The notes under the pieces are model-generated. The model was not told the origin of the DNA and made no database searches. It saw only the letters and a list, made by a program, of their open reading frames with translations. Shown in pieces: positions 22,205 through 32,049 of a stretch of DNA of 64,000 nucleotides; positions within the stretch are counted from its first letter, which is position 1, and the number at the start of each line of letters is the position of its first letter. Source of the DNA: an uncultured Acidobacteriota bacterium (lineage in GTDB: Bacteria > Acidobacteriota > Blastocatellia > RBC074); NCBI GenBank assembly GCA_963796275.1, contig CAWCKY010000006.1:1856001-1920000 (forward strand), given 5' to 3'. The translations under genes were made by a program, and so were the position numbers.

Positions 22205-22539
22205 GTACTCATCGCTGTTGCCAGGCTGCGGGCATCGCGCAGATCGGCCCGCGCCAACCAACCGCAATTGTTCGCGCATCGCTGAGGCGGACGCTCGCTT
22301 GCCGCCTGCCGGACTTTGCCGGATGGGCGATTGGCGGCGCAATACTCGCACTTTTGCCCAAGTGCCCCGCGTGTCTGGCAGCCTACGTTGCAATTGGAAC
22401 GGGAATCGGGATTTCGATGTCGTCCGCGGCAATTCTGCGGACGCTGCTGGTTACCCTGTGCGTGGCATCATTTGTGTATCTGGCAATCAGGTTAGTATAC
22501 AAGTTTTGTCATAGTCTGGAATCAGGAGCTCGAATCTAA
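22201..22539 (+). CDS. small Cys-rich membrane protein coupled to DUF899
   Basis: ATGA overlap with the upstream stop; LLPKCPACLAAY motif. Confidence 0.75.
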   Translation: MSTHRCCQAAGIAQIGPRQPTAIVRASLRRTLACRLPDFAGWAIGGAILALLPKCPACLAAYVAIGTGIGISMSSAAILRTLLVTLCVASFVYLAIRLVYKFCHSLESGARI

Positions 22540-22564
22540 ATCGAAACAACGAACAATACTGCAG

Positions 22565-22625
22565 TGCGTAAGCGAATTGTGTCTTGATGAATTTACATTC
22601 CCGAATGCACAGGTCGCTTACGCTC
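22565..22625. repeat. degenerate REP doublet (GCGTAAGCGA and TCGCTTACGC)
   Basis: 10-bp perfect inverted repeat core downstream of a gene. Confidence 0.5.
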
Positions 22626-22857
22626 CCAACTCTGCACCGGCATGTTTCCCGATGTTGTCCGGTTGATTTAGTAATTCCAATTTACAGTATTGGGAGGCAG
22701 AACATTTATTGAGGAATGAATATTCTTCGCACCCTGGAGTTCTATTTTTATTGATCGGGCCATTCTGCTGTATTTATTGGGTGAATCTGTTAAACCGCCG
22801 ACCTCAAGCGAACAGCCGGTTGACTGTGCTGCCATCCGGCTCGTAGGATAACGATAT

Positions 22858-22985
22858 CCCAAAGGGGGAGTAAGTCGCCTGCGTCGTCGGGTCTGGTGAG
22901 ATCGTCAAGACGATTGCCGTTCAACGCGGCAATCCGGCTCATCGGGAAGAGCGAATCAAAAGCTCAAGGACTGAGACCTTTTGCG
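22858..22985 (+). ncRNA. yybP-ykoY (Mn2+-sensing) riboswitch
   Basis: AAAGGGGGAGTA 5' motif, CGTCAAGAC loop, GATTGCCG/CGGCAATC stem, GAGACCTTTT 3' motif; directly upstream of a TerC gene. Confidence 0.85.
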
Positions 22986-23015
22986 GCTTTATGAGCGCGC
23001 AAAAGGTTTTTTTTT
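22976..23015 (+). terminator. intrinsic terminator (riboswitch expression platform)
   Basis: accttttgcg...cgcaaaaggt stem followed by a long T-run; overlaps the aptamer 3' strand. Confidence 0.8.
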
Positions 23016-23045
23016 GCGTTGAATTCGAGCATAAAGGAACTGCGT

Positions 23046-24071
23046 ATGGATGTTGAGCTTTTCCCGTTTGGCCAGTACTGGTGGGCCTATCTTTCGTTTA
23101 CCGGATTCGTTCTGTTATTGCTGGCAGTCGATCTGGGAGTTTTTCACCGAAAGCCGCACGAAGTATCATTTCGCGAAGCGGCCGCCTGGAGCGCCGCCTG
23201 GGTCGCGCTATCGCTCACCTTCAATTTTCTGCTCTATCATTATGCGCTCTGGAAGTTTGCCCAGGATCCGAGATTGCTATCGCTGCCCGACTTCGACCCG
23301 CATGCGGCGGCGTGGCAGACGGCGCTCGAATTTTTGACCGGCTACGTCATAGAGTATTCCCTTTCGGTGGACAATATTTTCGTTTTCGTGGTGGTCCTCA
23401 CTTATTTTAACGTCCCCGCCAGATATCAGCACCGCGTGCTTTTCTACGGCATCCTGGGAGCTCTGGTCTTTCGTGCGGCCTTCATCGCGATGGGGGCGGT
23501 TCTGATGAAGTACCACGCGGTCATCCTCATATTCGGCGGGTTTTTAATATTCACCGGTTTAAAAATGATGTTCGGTCCAGAAACGTCGGTAGATCCGGAA
23601 AGGAACCTCATCATACGCGTCTTTCGCCGATTCATGCCGGTCACATCAGAGATGCACGGGCCGCGATTCTTTGTGCGATTGAATAGCTCGTGGAGCGCTA
23701 CACCGTTGTTTATTGCCCTGCTTTTCCTCGAATTGACCGACATCATCTTTGCTATCGATTCAGTTCCGGCGATCTTCGCATTGACCAAAGAACCGCTGAT
23801 CGTCTTCACGTCGAACATCTTCGCCATCCTGGGATTGCGCTCGATGTATTTCATGCTGGCCGGGGCGATAGACAGGTTTCATCTACTCAAGTATGGGCTG
23901 GCGATCGTTTTGATCTTCGTCGGTCTGAAAATGGTCTGGCTGGATGATATGTTCGGAGGTAAGTTCCCGATCACCTACTCACTGGGTTTCATCGGCATCG
24001 TTCTGATTATTGCAATTCTCGTGTCGGTGCTTTTCACGAAAAAAACCGGTGAGTCGCCCGCTATAAAGTAA
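23046..24071 (+). CDS. TerC/Alx family membrane protein (probable Mn exporter)
   Basis: EYSLSVDNIFVF, QHRVLFYGILGA, DIIFAIDSVPA, TSNIFAILGLR. Confidence 0.95.
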   Translation: MDVELFPFGQYWWAYLSFTGFVLLLLAVDLGVFHRKPHEVSFREAAAWSAAWVALSLTFNFLLYHYALWKFAQDPRLLSLPDFDPHAAAWQTALEFLTGYVIEYSLSVDNIFVFVVVLTYFNVPARYQHRVLFYGILGALVFRAAFIAMGAVLMKYHAVILIFGGFLIFTGLKMMFGPETSVDPERNLIIRVFRRFMPVTSEMHGPRFFVRLNSSWSATPLFIALLFLELTDIIFAIDSVPAIFALTKEPLIVFTSNIFAILGLRSMYFMLAGAIDRFHLLKYGLAIVLIFVGLKMVWLDDMFGGKFPITYSLGFIGIVLIIAILVSVLFTKKTGESPAIK

Positions 24072-24194
24072 TAAATATAGATAGAACCGGTTGGTGTCTT
24101 TCCCAATTTTCAATTGACTTGCGATGCCTTGTGTCGTAGTTTTGCCCCGCATTATCTTTCTCACATTGAAGAACTCGCTAAGGAGGGCCCGTTC

Positions 24195-25217
24195 ATGTCG
24201 CAAACCGGAAGTTCCATTGGGGTATTATCCGTGGCATTGGCGTTGATCATCCTCGCAGTCGTATTTTCTCCTTTCTCCATGCTGGCTCAGAGCAATAACG
24301 GCTTCGGCTTAGGGTCGAGTGTGCTCATCGATCCGCAAGGCACAGCGTACATATCGAACCAAGAAGGTGCGATTGCGGCAATCAAGCTCGATTCAGGCAC
24401 ACAACTCTGGACGACGCCGAAAGGGAAGGCGTATCGGCCGCTAGCGATCTCCGGCAAATTTCTGGCGGCGATGCAGGAAGGCGGGGGACCGAAAGCAGGT
24501 AAGCATCTGGGCGTCGCGTTACTGCAATTGCTCGACGGCAGCGAACATATGGTTAACTGGGTCGAGGTTCCACCCGCGGCCTGGGCATCGGTCAAGAACG
24601 GTCTCGGCTCATCGCTCCGGACGAGCGCCGCAATTGGAGCCGATGGCAAAGTGACACTTTCCTGGATCTCGGAATGGCAGCGTGAGATGCGCGGCGCCGC
24701 TCCCGATGATGATGAAACGCCGGGAGGTGCGAGGTTGGCGGCCGCGAAGGTCGAGGCGCACAGCGGTTCGGTCGAGATCGATTCGAGCGGGCGCATCGTG
24801 CCGCTGAGCCAGGCGGTAAACTCAGCGCAGGCATTTCAAACAGCCCGGCAGGACCTGCCCGAAGATCAGCGGTTGAAAGGGCTTCCCGAAACGCAATATA
24901 TTTCAGCGGACGGCAGGCATATCCTCGTGAGCGAGATTACGGGCAATGATAACGATCTGAACAAGTATCGATGGACGATCTATCCAATCGCATCGAAGGA
25001 ACCCGTCGGGGTGATCGCCGCAACATTTCCAACCGCGCCCTTCTTCGTTTCAGGCGCGGCAATCATCTACCAGCTGCGGCCGTACATGGCCCGCGATCAA
25101 GGCGACAGGCTTGCACGGTCACCGCTAAAGTTGACCGCCATCGACCTCAGATCCGGCGGTAAGCTCTGGGAGCATGCGATTCTGGACACCGAGTATTACG
25201 GTCCTTTTCCGCCGTAA
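24195..25217 (+). CDS. secreted PQQ-like beta-propeller repeat protein
   Basis: N-terminal hydrophobic signal; AIKLDSGTQLW and AIDLRSGGKLW repeats; SD AAGGAG. Confidence 0.65.
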   Translation: MSQTGSSIGVLSVALALIILAVVFSPFSMLAQSNNGFGLGSSVLIDPQGTAYISNQEGAIAAIKLDSGTQLWTTPKGKAYRPLAISGKFLAAMQEGGGPKAGKHLGVALLQLLDGSEHMVNWVEVPPAAWASVKNGLGSSLRTSAAIGADGKVTLSWISEWQREMRGAAPDDDETPGGARLAAAKVEAHSGSVEIDSSGRIVPLSQAVNSAQAFQTARQDLPEDQRLKGLPETQYISADGRHILVSEITGNDNDLNKYRWTIYPIASKEPVGVIAATFPTAPFFVSGAAIIYQLRPYMARDQGDRLARSPLKLTAIDLRSGGKLWEHAILDTEYYGPFPP

Positions 25218-25379
25218 TTACCTTTCAGTAGGGTCCGGATTTCTCCGTTAGTTAGTAGTACGGTTCGGCGAGCCTCTGCCGTGAACCTGCTAACGTCTAT
25301 CGAAACGTAATCAATTCATACCGTAAAACAAGCCATGAAAACTTTGGGTCAAGTAGTATCCAATCTGAAGGAGATATCA

Positions 25380-28274
25380 ATGTTCACCCGGTTGGACTCG
25401 CCTATTCGCATGTTTCTCACCCTCTGCACTTTGGGCATCATATTTGCCGCGCCGGCAAGCGCGCAAGAACCGCGGCTGGAACAGGAACCCCGTGAGGGGA
25501 ACGGCGCGATGACGCGGGCGCCTAAAATCGAACCACCCATCCTGGGAGGAACGTGGCGGCCATTCGGGCCGGCCCCGAAAGTGAACGGTCAATCGGAGAA
25601 CGCGCAGCCCAATAACGGTGTGGGGGGAGCCGTTCACACTCTGGCGCCTCATCCGACTGATGCCAATCTCCTATATATCGGTACAGTCAACGGCGGAATC
25701 TGGAAAACGACGAATGCCGCTTCGGCCAGCCCGAGCTGGGTGCAGCAGACCGACCCGCAGACATCGCTCTCGATAGGAGCACTTGAGTTCGACCCCACCG
25801 ATTCCACCCGCCAGACCCTGGTTGCGGGAATAGGAAGGTTCAGCAGTTTCGCCAGCCGGGGCGGGCAGCGGCTGGGATTGCTGCGCACGATGGACGGCGG
25901 CACCCGCTGGACGAGTATCGACGGCGGCGGCGTGCTGGTTGGCAAGAACATCTCCGGCGTCGCGCCCCGCGGTCCGATTATAGTCGTCTCGGTCAATACG
26001 GCTGACAGTAATACATTTCCGCAAATCGGCATCTTTCGCAGCACTGATTTCGGCGCAACGTTCACACAGATTTCCAACGGCAATGGTTCGGCGACGGGGT
26101 TGCCCGGCGGCGTGTCGAACGATCTGGTGGGAGATCCAACCAATCCCGCCCGCTTATTCACATCGGTGGTCTTTGCAACCACAGTGGGCGGGCTCAACGG
26201 GATCTATAGAAGCACCAATACCGGCGCAAACTGGACCAAGGTGAGCAACGCGGCAATGGACTCGCTGATCATCAGCGGCACTACCAACAATATCGAAATG
26301 GCGGTTGGCCGAGATAACAACGTCTACGCGGCGATCGTCAATTCGGGCCGTCTGGCCGGCCTTTTTCGTTCAGGCGATGGGGGAGAAACCTGGGTGGCGC
26401 TCGACGTGCCGAACACGCATCCCGGCGGCCAGGGTGGCATCCACCTTTCGATCGTGGCCGATCCCGGAAATTCGAACATCGTTTACATCGGAGGAGACCG
26501 CGCCGATATCGGCGTCTTCGGTGCGCGTGATTTTTCGGGCAGACTCTTTCGCTGCGATGCAACAGCGGCAGCGGGCAGCCAGTGCGTGCATCTGACTCAT
26601 TCGAGTACGTCAGGACCTGCGGGCGGGGGGACGCTCAGCATGAGTTCGCCGCACGCCGACTCGCGCGAGCTGGCGTTCGATGCCACTGGAAATCTTCTCG
26701 AATCCGACGATGGAGGAGTGTTCCGGCGAACGAGTCCGAGAAACAATCAGGGCGACTGGTTCTCTATTACCAATAATATCCAGGCGTTCGAGCTTCACAG
26801 CATCGCGTACGACTCCAACGCCAAGATCGTCATTGGCGGATCACAGGACAACGGGACGGGGAGTCAGAATTCGCCGGGCTCAACGCTGTGGGATAACGTC
26901 AGCGGGGGAGACGGAGGCGATGTCGCGGTTGATGCCACCAGCACACCAGGTTTATCGAGCCGTTACTCGAGCAGCCAAAATCTGGGCAACTTCAGACGGC
27001 GCATCTACAGTGCGAATAACGTCCTGCAGCGCACGGTGGCTCCCGCTCGGCAGTTGGTCGGAGGTGGCGCGTCTCTGCAGCCAACCTTCGTAACTCCGAT
27101 CAGGCTCAACGCGGTCAACCCTTTGCGCCTGATCATCGCCGGGGCGAACGCCGTATATGAATCGTTCGATCAGGGCGAGACGATTCGGCAGCTTCTACCG
27201 GCGGTGCCGGTCAATTCGCTCGGCAGTCACCCGATCGCCTATGGCGCCGCAGGCAATCCGGACATTTTATATATCAGCTCGGGAGACCGAGTCTTCGTAA
27301 GAACAGATCCTCCGCCCGCGGGTCTCGTGCAGTCGACCACTTTCCCGGGCACCGGATCCGGGCGAGCCGTCGTAAATCTCGCGGGCGACCCATTGAATCC
27401 GATGACAGCAGGTGTGATCGACATTATCACCGTTTACCTCACGCGCAACGCGGGCAGTACCTGGACCAATATCACGGGAAACCTGCAGACGCTCAACCCC
27501 GGACAGCTTAGATCGATCGCGTTTGTATCGAATGCATCGGGGGATGCTATTGTCGTGGGAGCCAACAATGGAGTGTTTGTATCTCTGCCGGGATCAGGTT
27601 TCACGTTGTGGGACCGCCTCGGGAGCGGGTTCCCGAATGCTCAGGTCTACCATCTGGACTATAATAGCCTGGACGACATTCTTATTGCGGGAACGCTGGG
27701 TAGAGGCGCGTGGGCGCTGAACCATCCGGCATTCAGTGCGACTCTGTTTGCATCGACATTCGATGCATTGCCCGATGGATTCAAATTCCTCGCCGATGCC
27801 TTCGGAACCAATCAACCCGCATATGCCTCGGGCGGCCGCGTGAACGAGAGCGGATTTGGCGGCGGAGGTTTACGCGTGGTAGTGGGCGGGATCGACAATA
27901 ATGAAGTGCTCAATATGTCCGGCGGATGGCGGCGGTCGTTCTATCTCAGCTCCCCGCAGTCCGTGAGTGTGGGCTTCGATTTCAAAATGACGCAGACCCC
28001 GGATTACGAAACCGACGAATTCAGCGAGACGGTGGTTCGGTTCGATAATCAGGCGATCATCGAAGTCGCAAAAATCGCGGGTGACGGTAATGGGGGAGGA
28101 CCGATAACTACCGGTCCGACTTCTCGCGTAATAGACCTGGGATGTCTGCCTGCGGGTACGCGCACGGTCACCATCGGGTTGCGAAACAATAAGAAGACGC
28201 GAACCAGCCAATCAACGGAACTGCTGTTGGACAACGTCACTCTGAAGGCCAATGGCTCATGCGTGACGCCATAG
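25380..28274 (+). CDS. large secreted BNR/Asp-box beta-propeller protein (GH74/sialidase-like) with C-terminal beta-sandwich domain
   Basis: Signal peptide; repeated (S/T)xDGGxxW boxes (TMDGGTRW, STDFGATF, SGDGGETW, TRNAGSTW), PHADSR, QDNG, GGDGG, GTLGRGAW. Confidence 0.8.
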   Translation: MFTRLDSPIRMFLTLCTLGIIFAAPASAQEPRLEQEPREGNGAMTRAPKIEPPILGGTWRPFGPAPKVNGQSENAQPNNGVGGAVHTLAPHPTDANLLYIGTVNGGIWKTTNAASASPSWVQQTDPQTSLSIGALEFDPTDSTRQTLVAGIGRFSSFASRGGQRLGLLRTMDGGTRWTSIDGGGVLVGKNISGVAPRGPIIVVSVNTADSNTFPQIGIFRSTDFGATFTQISNGNGSATGLPGGVSNDLVGDPTNPARLFTSVVFATTVGGLNGIYRSTNTGANWTKVSNAAMDSLIISGTTNNIEMAVGRDNNVYAAIVNSGRLAGLFRSGDGGETWVALDVPNTHPGGQGGIHLSIVADPGNSNIVYIGGDRADIGVFGARDFSGRLFRCDATAAAGSQCVHLTHSSTSGPAGGGTLSMSSPHADSRELAFDATGNLLESDDGGVFRRTSPRNNQGDWFSITNNIQAFELHSIAYDSNAKIVIGGSQDNGTGSQNSPGSTLWDNVSGGDGGDVAVDATSTPGLSSRYSSSQNLGNFRRRIYSANNVLQRTVAPARQLVGGGASLQPTFVTPIRLNAVNPLRLIIAGANAVYESFDQGETIRQLLPAVPVNSLGSHPIAYGAAGNPDILYISSGDRVFVRTDPPPAGLVQSTTFPGTGSGRAVVNLAGDPLNPMTAGVIDIITVYLTRNAGSTWTNITGNLQTLNPGQLRSIAFVSNASGDAIVVGANNGVFVSLPGSGFTLWDRLGSGFPNAQVYHLDYNSLDDILIAGTLGRGAWALNHPAFSATLFASTFDALPDGFKFLADAFGTNQPAYASGGRVNESGFGGGGLRVVVGGIDNNEVLNMSGGWRRSFYLSSPQSVSVGFDFKMTQTPDYETDEFSETVVRFDNQAIIEVAKIAGDGNGGGPITTGPTSRVIDLGCLPAGTRTVTIGLRNNKKTRTSQSTELLLDNVTLKANGSCVTP

Positions 28275-28317
28275 TGGATCGTAACTGAGCTCAGACAGCG
28301 GTTTCTGCAGAGCGTCG

Positions 28318-28592
28318 GGATGGGCTGAGTTTTTGGAGTGCGGTAGCTTGCTTGCTACCGCTTTGGTAGTCCATTCCTCGACTTATGCTGTCGCTTAAAC
28401 TCACCCAGTGGCCTGCCACACAAACCGAGGATTGAGAATTGCTCGGTTGTCCATGAGACAGCCAATAAAGCAATGGACTACCAAAGCGGTACCAAGCTTG
28501 GGATACTAATGGCTACATTCCGCCGCGCCTCCGGCGCCAGAGAGTTTGCCAGTAGTATCTCAAGCTACCGCACTAAAAAGCCTTAGCCATCC
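28318..28592. repeat. REP doublet (TTGGAGTGCGGTAGC..GCTACCGCTTTGG) with a nested 64-bp insertion at 28499-28562
   Basis: Inverted arms taccgctttggtagtccatt and aatggactaccaaagcggta; right arm split by an inverted-repeat-bounded insert flanked by AGCT. Confidence 0.7.
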
Positions 28593-28691
28593 TCTGAATA
28601 TCAGTGGAACTTGTCTCGATTTCCCAAGAAATCGTGGAGTTTTGTGACACCGTTCTGCCATTTCGTTGCTGCCTGTCATATCGCATACGAC

Positions 28692-29084
28692 TCAGTCGGT
28701 AGTTTTGAACTGTTGATCTACTTCGACTTCATAGCCGCTCGCCAGGCGGTTGGTTTCATTGGCCATACCGACGACCGCCATCATTTCGCCAAACATGGCG
28801 TCGGTCAATCCTAACTCGCGGGCGGCCGCGATGTGTGATGCGATGCAATAGGCGCAGCCGTTCGTGGCGCTCACCGCGATATACAACATCTGTTTCGTGA
28901 GGGGATCCAGAATGCCGGGCCCCATTACCTGTTTGATACTCTCCCAGGTCCGCTTTAACGTCACCGGATCGTTCGCGAGAGCCTTCCAGAAATTATTGAC
29001 ACGGTCTGTCTTCCGCACAGCCATGATGTCGTCGTAAACGGCGCGCACCTCGGGGTTGGCGTCGGCATAATCAATCATTTTCAT
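28692..29084 (-). CDS. carboxymuconolactone decarboxylase/AhpD family protein
   Basis: NNFWKALA, LYIAVSATNGCAYCIASH. Confidence 0.9.
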   Translation of the reverse strand: MKMIDYADANPEVRAVYDDIMAVRKTDRVNNFWKALANDPVTLKRTWESIKQVMGPGILDPLTKQMLYIAVSATNGCAYCIASHIAAARELGLTDAMFGEMMAVVGMANETNRLASGYEVEVDQQFKTTD

Positions 29085-29275
29085 TTGTTAAATAAAGCCT
29101 CCTTTGTTTTGATCGGCCAGCTTCGGCGTCGTCCATCCTAGCATGACTTGTGCGCGGAGCGTCTTTCTCTGAGTTTGTCTTCTTCCCGGCTTCTTGGTTA
29201 TATCGTATTGAATCGTATATTATCGATCTGGTACTTTCGTGTAAATTTATAAACAACAGTATAGGAGCGCTCATT

Positions 29276-29677
29276 ATGGAACTGCTCAGATTGCATGAGG
29301 CTGCGCGGCTGGCGGGCGTCAGTTATCCGACGCTCAAGCAATGGATTTACAGGGGCAAGATCAAATCGGTGAAGACGGCTGGCGGTCATCACCGCATCCC
29401 GAGGAGCGAGATCGAGCGCCTGGCCGGGACAAATAAGGGTAAGGGTAAGCGGGAGAAGCCGATGGGACTGGACGCGATCAGCGGGCGCAACAAACTTTTG
29501 GGAAAAATCACGGAGATGCGGTTCGATGGGCTGCTAGCCCAGGTCAGCATCGATCTGGGCGGTCAGGTCATCACCTCGATCATTACGAGCGACGCGGCGC
29601 GCGAGTTGAGATTGAAGGAAGGCGTCTCCGTATATGCGCTCGTCAAGGCGACCGAGGTGATGATCATCAGAGGCTGA
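29276..29677 (+). CDS. excisionase-like HTH plus TOBE/Mop molybdate regulator
   Basis: AARLAGVSYPTLKQWI..KTAGGHHRIP; ISGRNKLLG..SIIT..ALVKATEV; first gene of the mod operon. Confidence 0.9.
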   Translation: MELLRLHEAARLAGVSYPTLKQWIYRGKIKSVKTAGGHHRIPRSEIERLAGTNKGKGKREKPMGLDAISGRNKLLGKITEMRFDGLLAQVSIDLGGQVITSIITSDAARELRLKEGVSVYALVKATEVMIIRG

Positions 29678-29731
29678 TCGCTTAATAAAACAATGGCAGT
29701 CGAACACATTTCATAATTGAGGCGCGTGATA

Positions 29732-30517
29732 ATGACGAGAAGATACCGTGCAGAACTGTTGCTGCTGAGCGTTTTTATGACCGCATGCGTTGGATTCGCG
29801 TGCCGTCATTCAGGCGATCCCGGGCCGGCTCGTGAGATTACAGTTTCCGCCGCGGTGAGTCTTAAAGATGCCTTTCGAGAGCTAAGCCGGCAGCATGCGG
29901 AGCGTGCCGGGACAAACGTCGTTTTTAATTTCGGCGCGTCGGGCGCACTGCAGAAACAGATTGAGTCCGGTGCGCCGGTCGATCTCTTCGCCAGCGCCGG
30001 TCGTCCGCAGATGGATGCGCTGGCGAAGCAAGAGTTGATCATACGGGAGACACAACGAGACTTCGCGCGCAACGAGCTGGTGCTGGTGGCGCCTGCCGAC
30101 CGTACGCCGGTTATTGCGTCCTTTGCCGCCCTGGGCGATACAAGGATCATGCGACTCGCGGTAGGAAACCCCAAGACCGTCCCCGCCGGGCAATATGCGG
30201 AGCAATCGCTCACTCGCCTCGGCCTGTGGCCGCAGCTGCAACCGCGGTTGATTCTGGCGGAAGATGTTCGGCAGGTGCTCGATTATGTCGCGCGCGGCGA
30301 GGTAGATGCCGGCATCGTCTACACCTCGGACGTTCGCGCCGCGGCGGATAGAGTACGGACCATTGCAACCGCGCCGGAAGATTCACATGATCCCATCCTG
30401 TATCCTATCGCCGTTGTGCGGGCGAGCAATTACCAGGATGCTGCGCGAGCCTTCATAGATACGGTAATGAGCGACGATGGCCAGCGCATCCTCGAGAAGT
30501 ACGGTTTTGCCCGGTGA
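29732..30517 (+). CDS. modA: molybdate ABC transporter substrate-binding protein
   Basis: SAAVSL, GASGAL..QIESGAPVDLFASA, VPAGQYA, DAGIVY. Confidence 0.95.
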   Translation: MTRRYRAELLLLSVFMTACVGFACRHSGDPGPAREITVSAAVSLKDAFRELSRQHAERAGTNVVFNFGASGALQKQIESGAPVDLFASAGRPQMDALAKQELIIRETQRDFARNELVLVAPADRTPVIASFAALGDTRIMRLAVGNPKTVPAGQYAEQSLTRLGLWPQLQPRLILAEDVRQVLDYVARGEVDAGIVYTSDVRAAADRVRTIATAPEDSHDPILYPIAVVRASNYQDAARAFIDTVMSDDGQRILEKYGFAR

Positions 30518-30521
30518 CTCG

Positions 30522-31187
30522 ATGATCTGGTCAGCATTCAAGCTTTCACTCTTAGTCTCGATAATCGCGACGATAATCGTGGTTTTGCTCGGTACATCCG
30601 TCGCGTTCGTTCTCGCCAAACGGAAGTTTCGCGGGCGCGAACTGTTCGATGCGATCGTGACTCTGCCGCTCGTCCTGCCGCCGACTGTAACGGGTTATTA
30701 TTTGATCGTACTGCTCGGCCGGCACGGCCTGATCGGAAAATACCTCTATGATCTCACGGGCTGGTCGGTAACCTTCACCTGGGCGGGAGCGGTGATCGCA
30801 GCGTCGGTGATGGCCCTGCCGTTGATGGTCAAGTCCGCGCGGGCGGCCATTGAAAGCGTCAATCCCATGTACGAAGTGGCGTCATATACGCTCGGAAAAA
30901 GCGAGTTGGAGACCTTCTTCCGCATCACGCTGCCGCTCGCGCGTCGCGGCATGTTAGCCGGCGTTGTGTTAAGTTTTGCGCGCGCTCTCGGTGAATTCGG
31001 CGCAACGCTGATGCTGGCCGGAAACATACCGGGGAAAACGCAGACGATGCCTCTCGCGATCTATGAGACCGTCGTTGCGGGGGAAAACCGCCAGGCGCAG
31101 ATGCTGGCCTTCATTTTGACCGCGTTATCTGTCGCCGCTATCTATTTGACCAACAAGTTGACGGGCGGCCGTACGCGTGAGATGTAA
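30522..31187 (+). CDS. modB: molybdate ABC transporter permease
   Basis: LPLVLPPTVTGY, FARALGEFGAT, AGNIPGKT. Confidence 0.95.
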   Translation: MIWSAFKLSLLVSIIATIIVVLLGTSVAFVLAKRKFRGRELFDAIVTLPLVLPPTVTGYYLIVLLGRHGLIGKYLYDLTGWSVTFTWAGAVIAASVMALPLMVKSARAAIESVNPMYEVASYTLGKSELETFFRITLPLARRGMLAGVVLSFARALGEFGATLMLAGNIPGKTQTMPLAIYETVVAGENRQAQMLAFILTALSVAAIYLTNKLTGGRTREM

Positions 31188-31197
31188 CTGAATATAG

Positions 31198-31941
31198 ATG
31201 CTGTACGTCTCGATCAGAAAAAGATACGGAAATAACGGGCGAAACGGGCGCGAGGATCGCGGCCGAAGCGCTGAACGGACATTCACCCTCGATCTCGAGT
31301 TTGCAGCGCCTGAGGGAGTTACGATACTCTTCGGTCCTTCCGGATCGGGGAAGACCACCTGCCTGCGCTCCGTTGCCGGCATCGTACGGCCAGATGAAGG
31401 GCGCATCTCGGTGGGCGAACGAGTTTACTTCGACTCGGCATCGGGCGCAGACCTCGCGATTCAGCAGCGCCGGGTCGGGTTAGTGTTCCAGGATTACCTG
31501 CTTTTCCCTCACCTCACGGCGGAGCAGAATGTAGCGTACGGTGTGCGTTCAGGGGCTGCTGAAGGCAGCATCAGCAAGGCTGATAAGCAGAGACGAGCGC
31601 TGGAGTTGCTTTCTATCCTGGGCATCGAGTACACGGCCGGCCAATACCCGCGCGAGCTGTCGGGCGGCGAGAGCCAGCGCGTCGCACTGGCGCGTGCCCT
31701 CGCGAGCGATCCGGAGCTGGTCTTGCTCGACGAGCCGCTCTCGGCCGTCGATGTATCGACCCGCACGCGCCTGTTGGCGGAGATAGACGCGACGCAACGA
31801 AGAACGGGTATTCCGTTTCTCTACGTGACACACAATGTGTCAGAGGCAATCGAGATAGGAGATTATGTTGTAGTGCTAAATGATGGCCGGGTAGTACAGC
31901 ATGGATACCCGCGAGAAGTGATGCTCATCCAGAGTGAATAG
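31198..31941 (+). CDS. modC: molybdate ABC transporter ATP-binding protein (short; no C-terminal TOBE)
   Basis: GPSGSGKT, LSGGESQRVALARAL, LLDEP, YVTH. Confidence 0.9.
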   Translation: MLYVSIRKRYGNNGRNGREDRGRSAERTFTLDLEFAAPEGVTILFGPSGSGKTTCLRSVAGIVRPDEGRISVGERVYFDSASGADLAIQQRRVGLVFQDYLLFPHLTAEQNVAYGVRSGAAEGSISKADKQRRALELLSILGIEYTAGQYPRELSGGESQRVALARALASDPELVLLDEPLSAVDVSTRTRLLAEIDATQRRTGIPFLYVTHNVSEAIEIGDYVVVLNDGRVVQHGYPREVMLIQSE

Positions 31942-32049
31942 ACATCGAGGCCGGAACAATAGAAATCAAAAGTCAAATCTCAATAAAGGAGGCCGGCACT
32001 TTATCTTTCCTCGAGTTAGCTGACAAAATGCAAAAACATGCTCTGAAAT

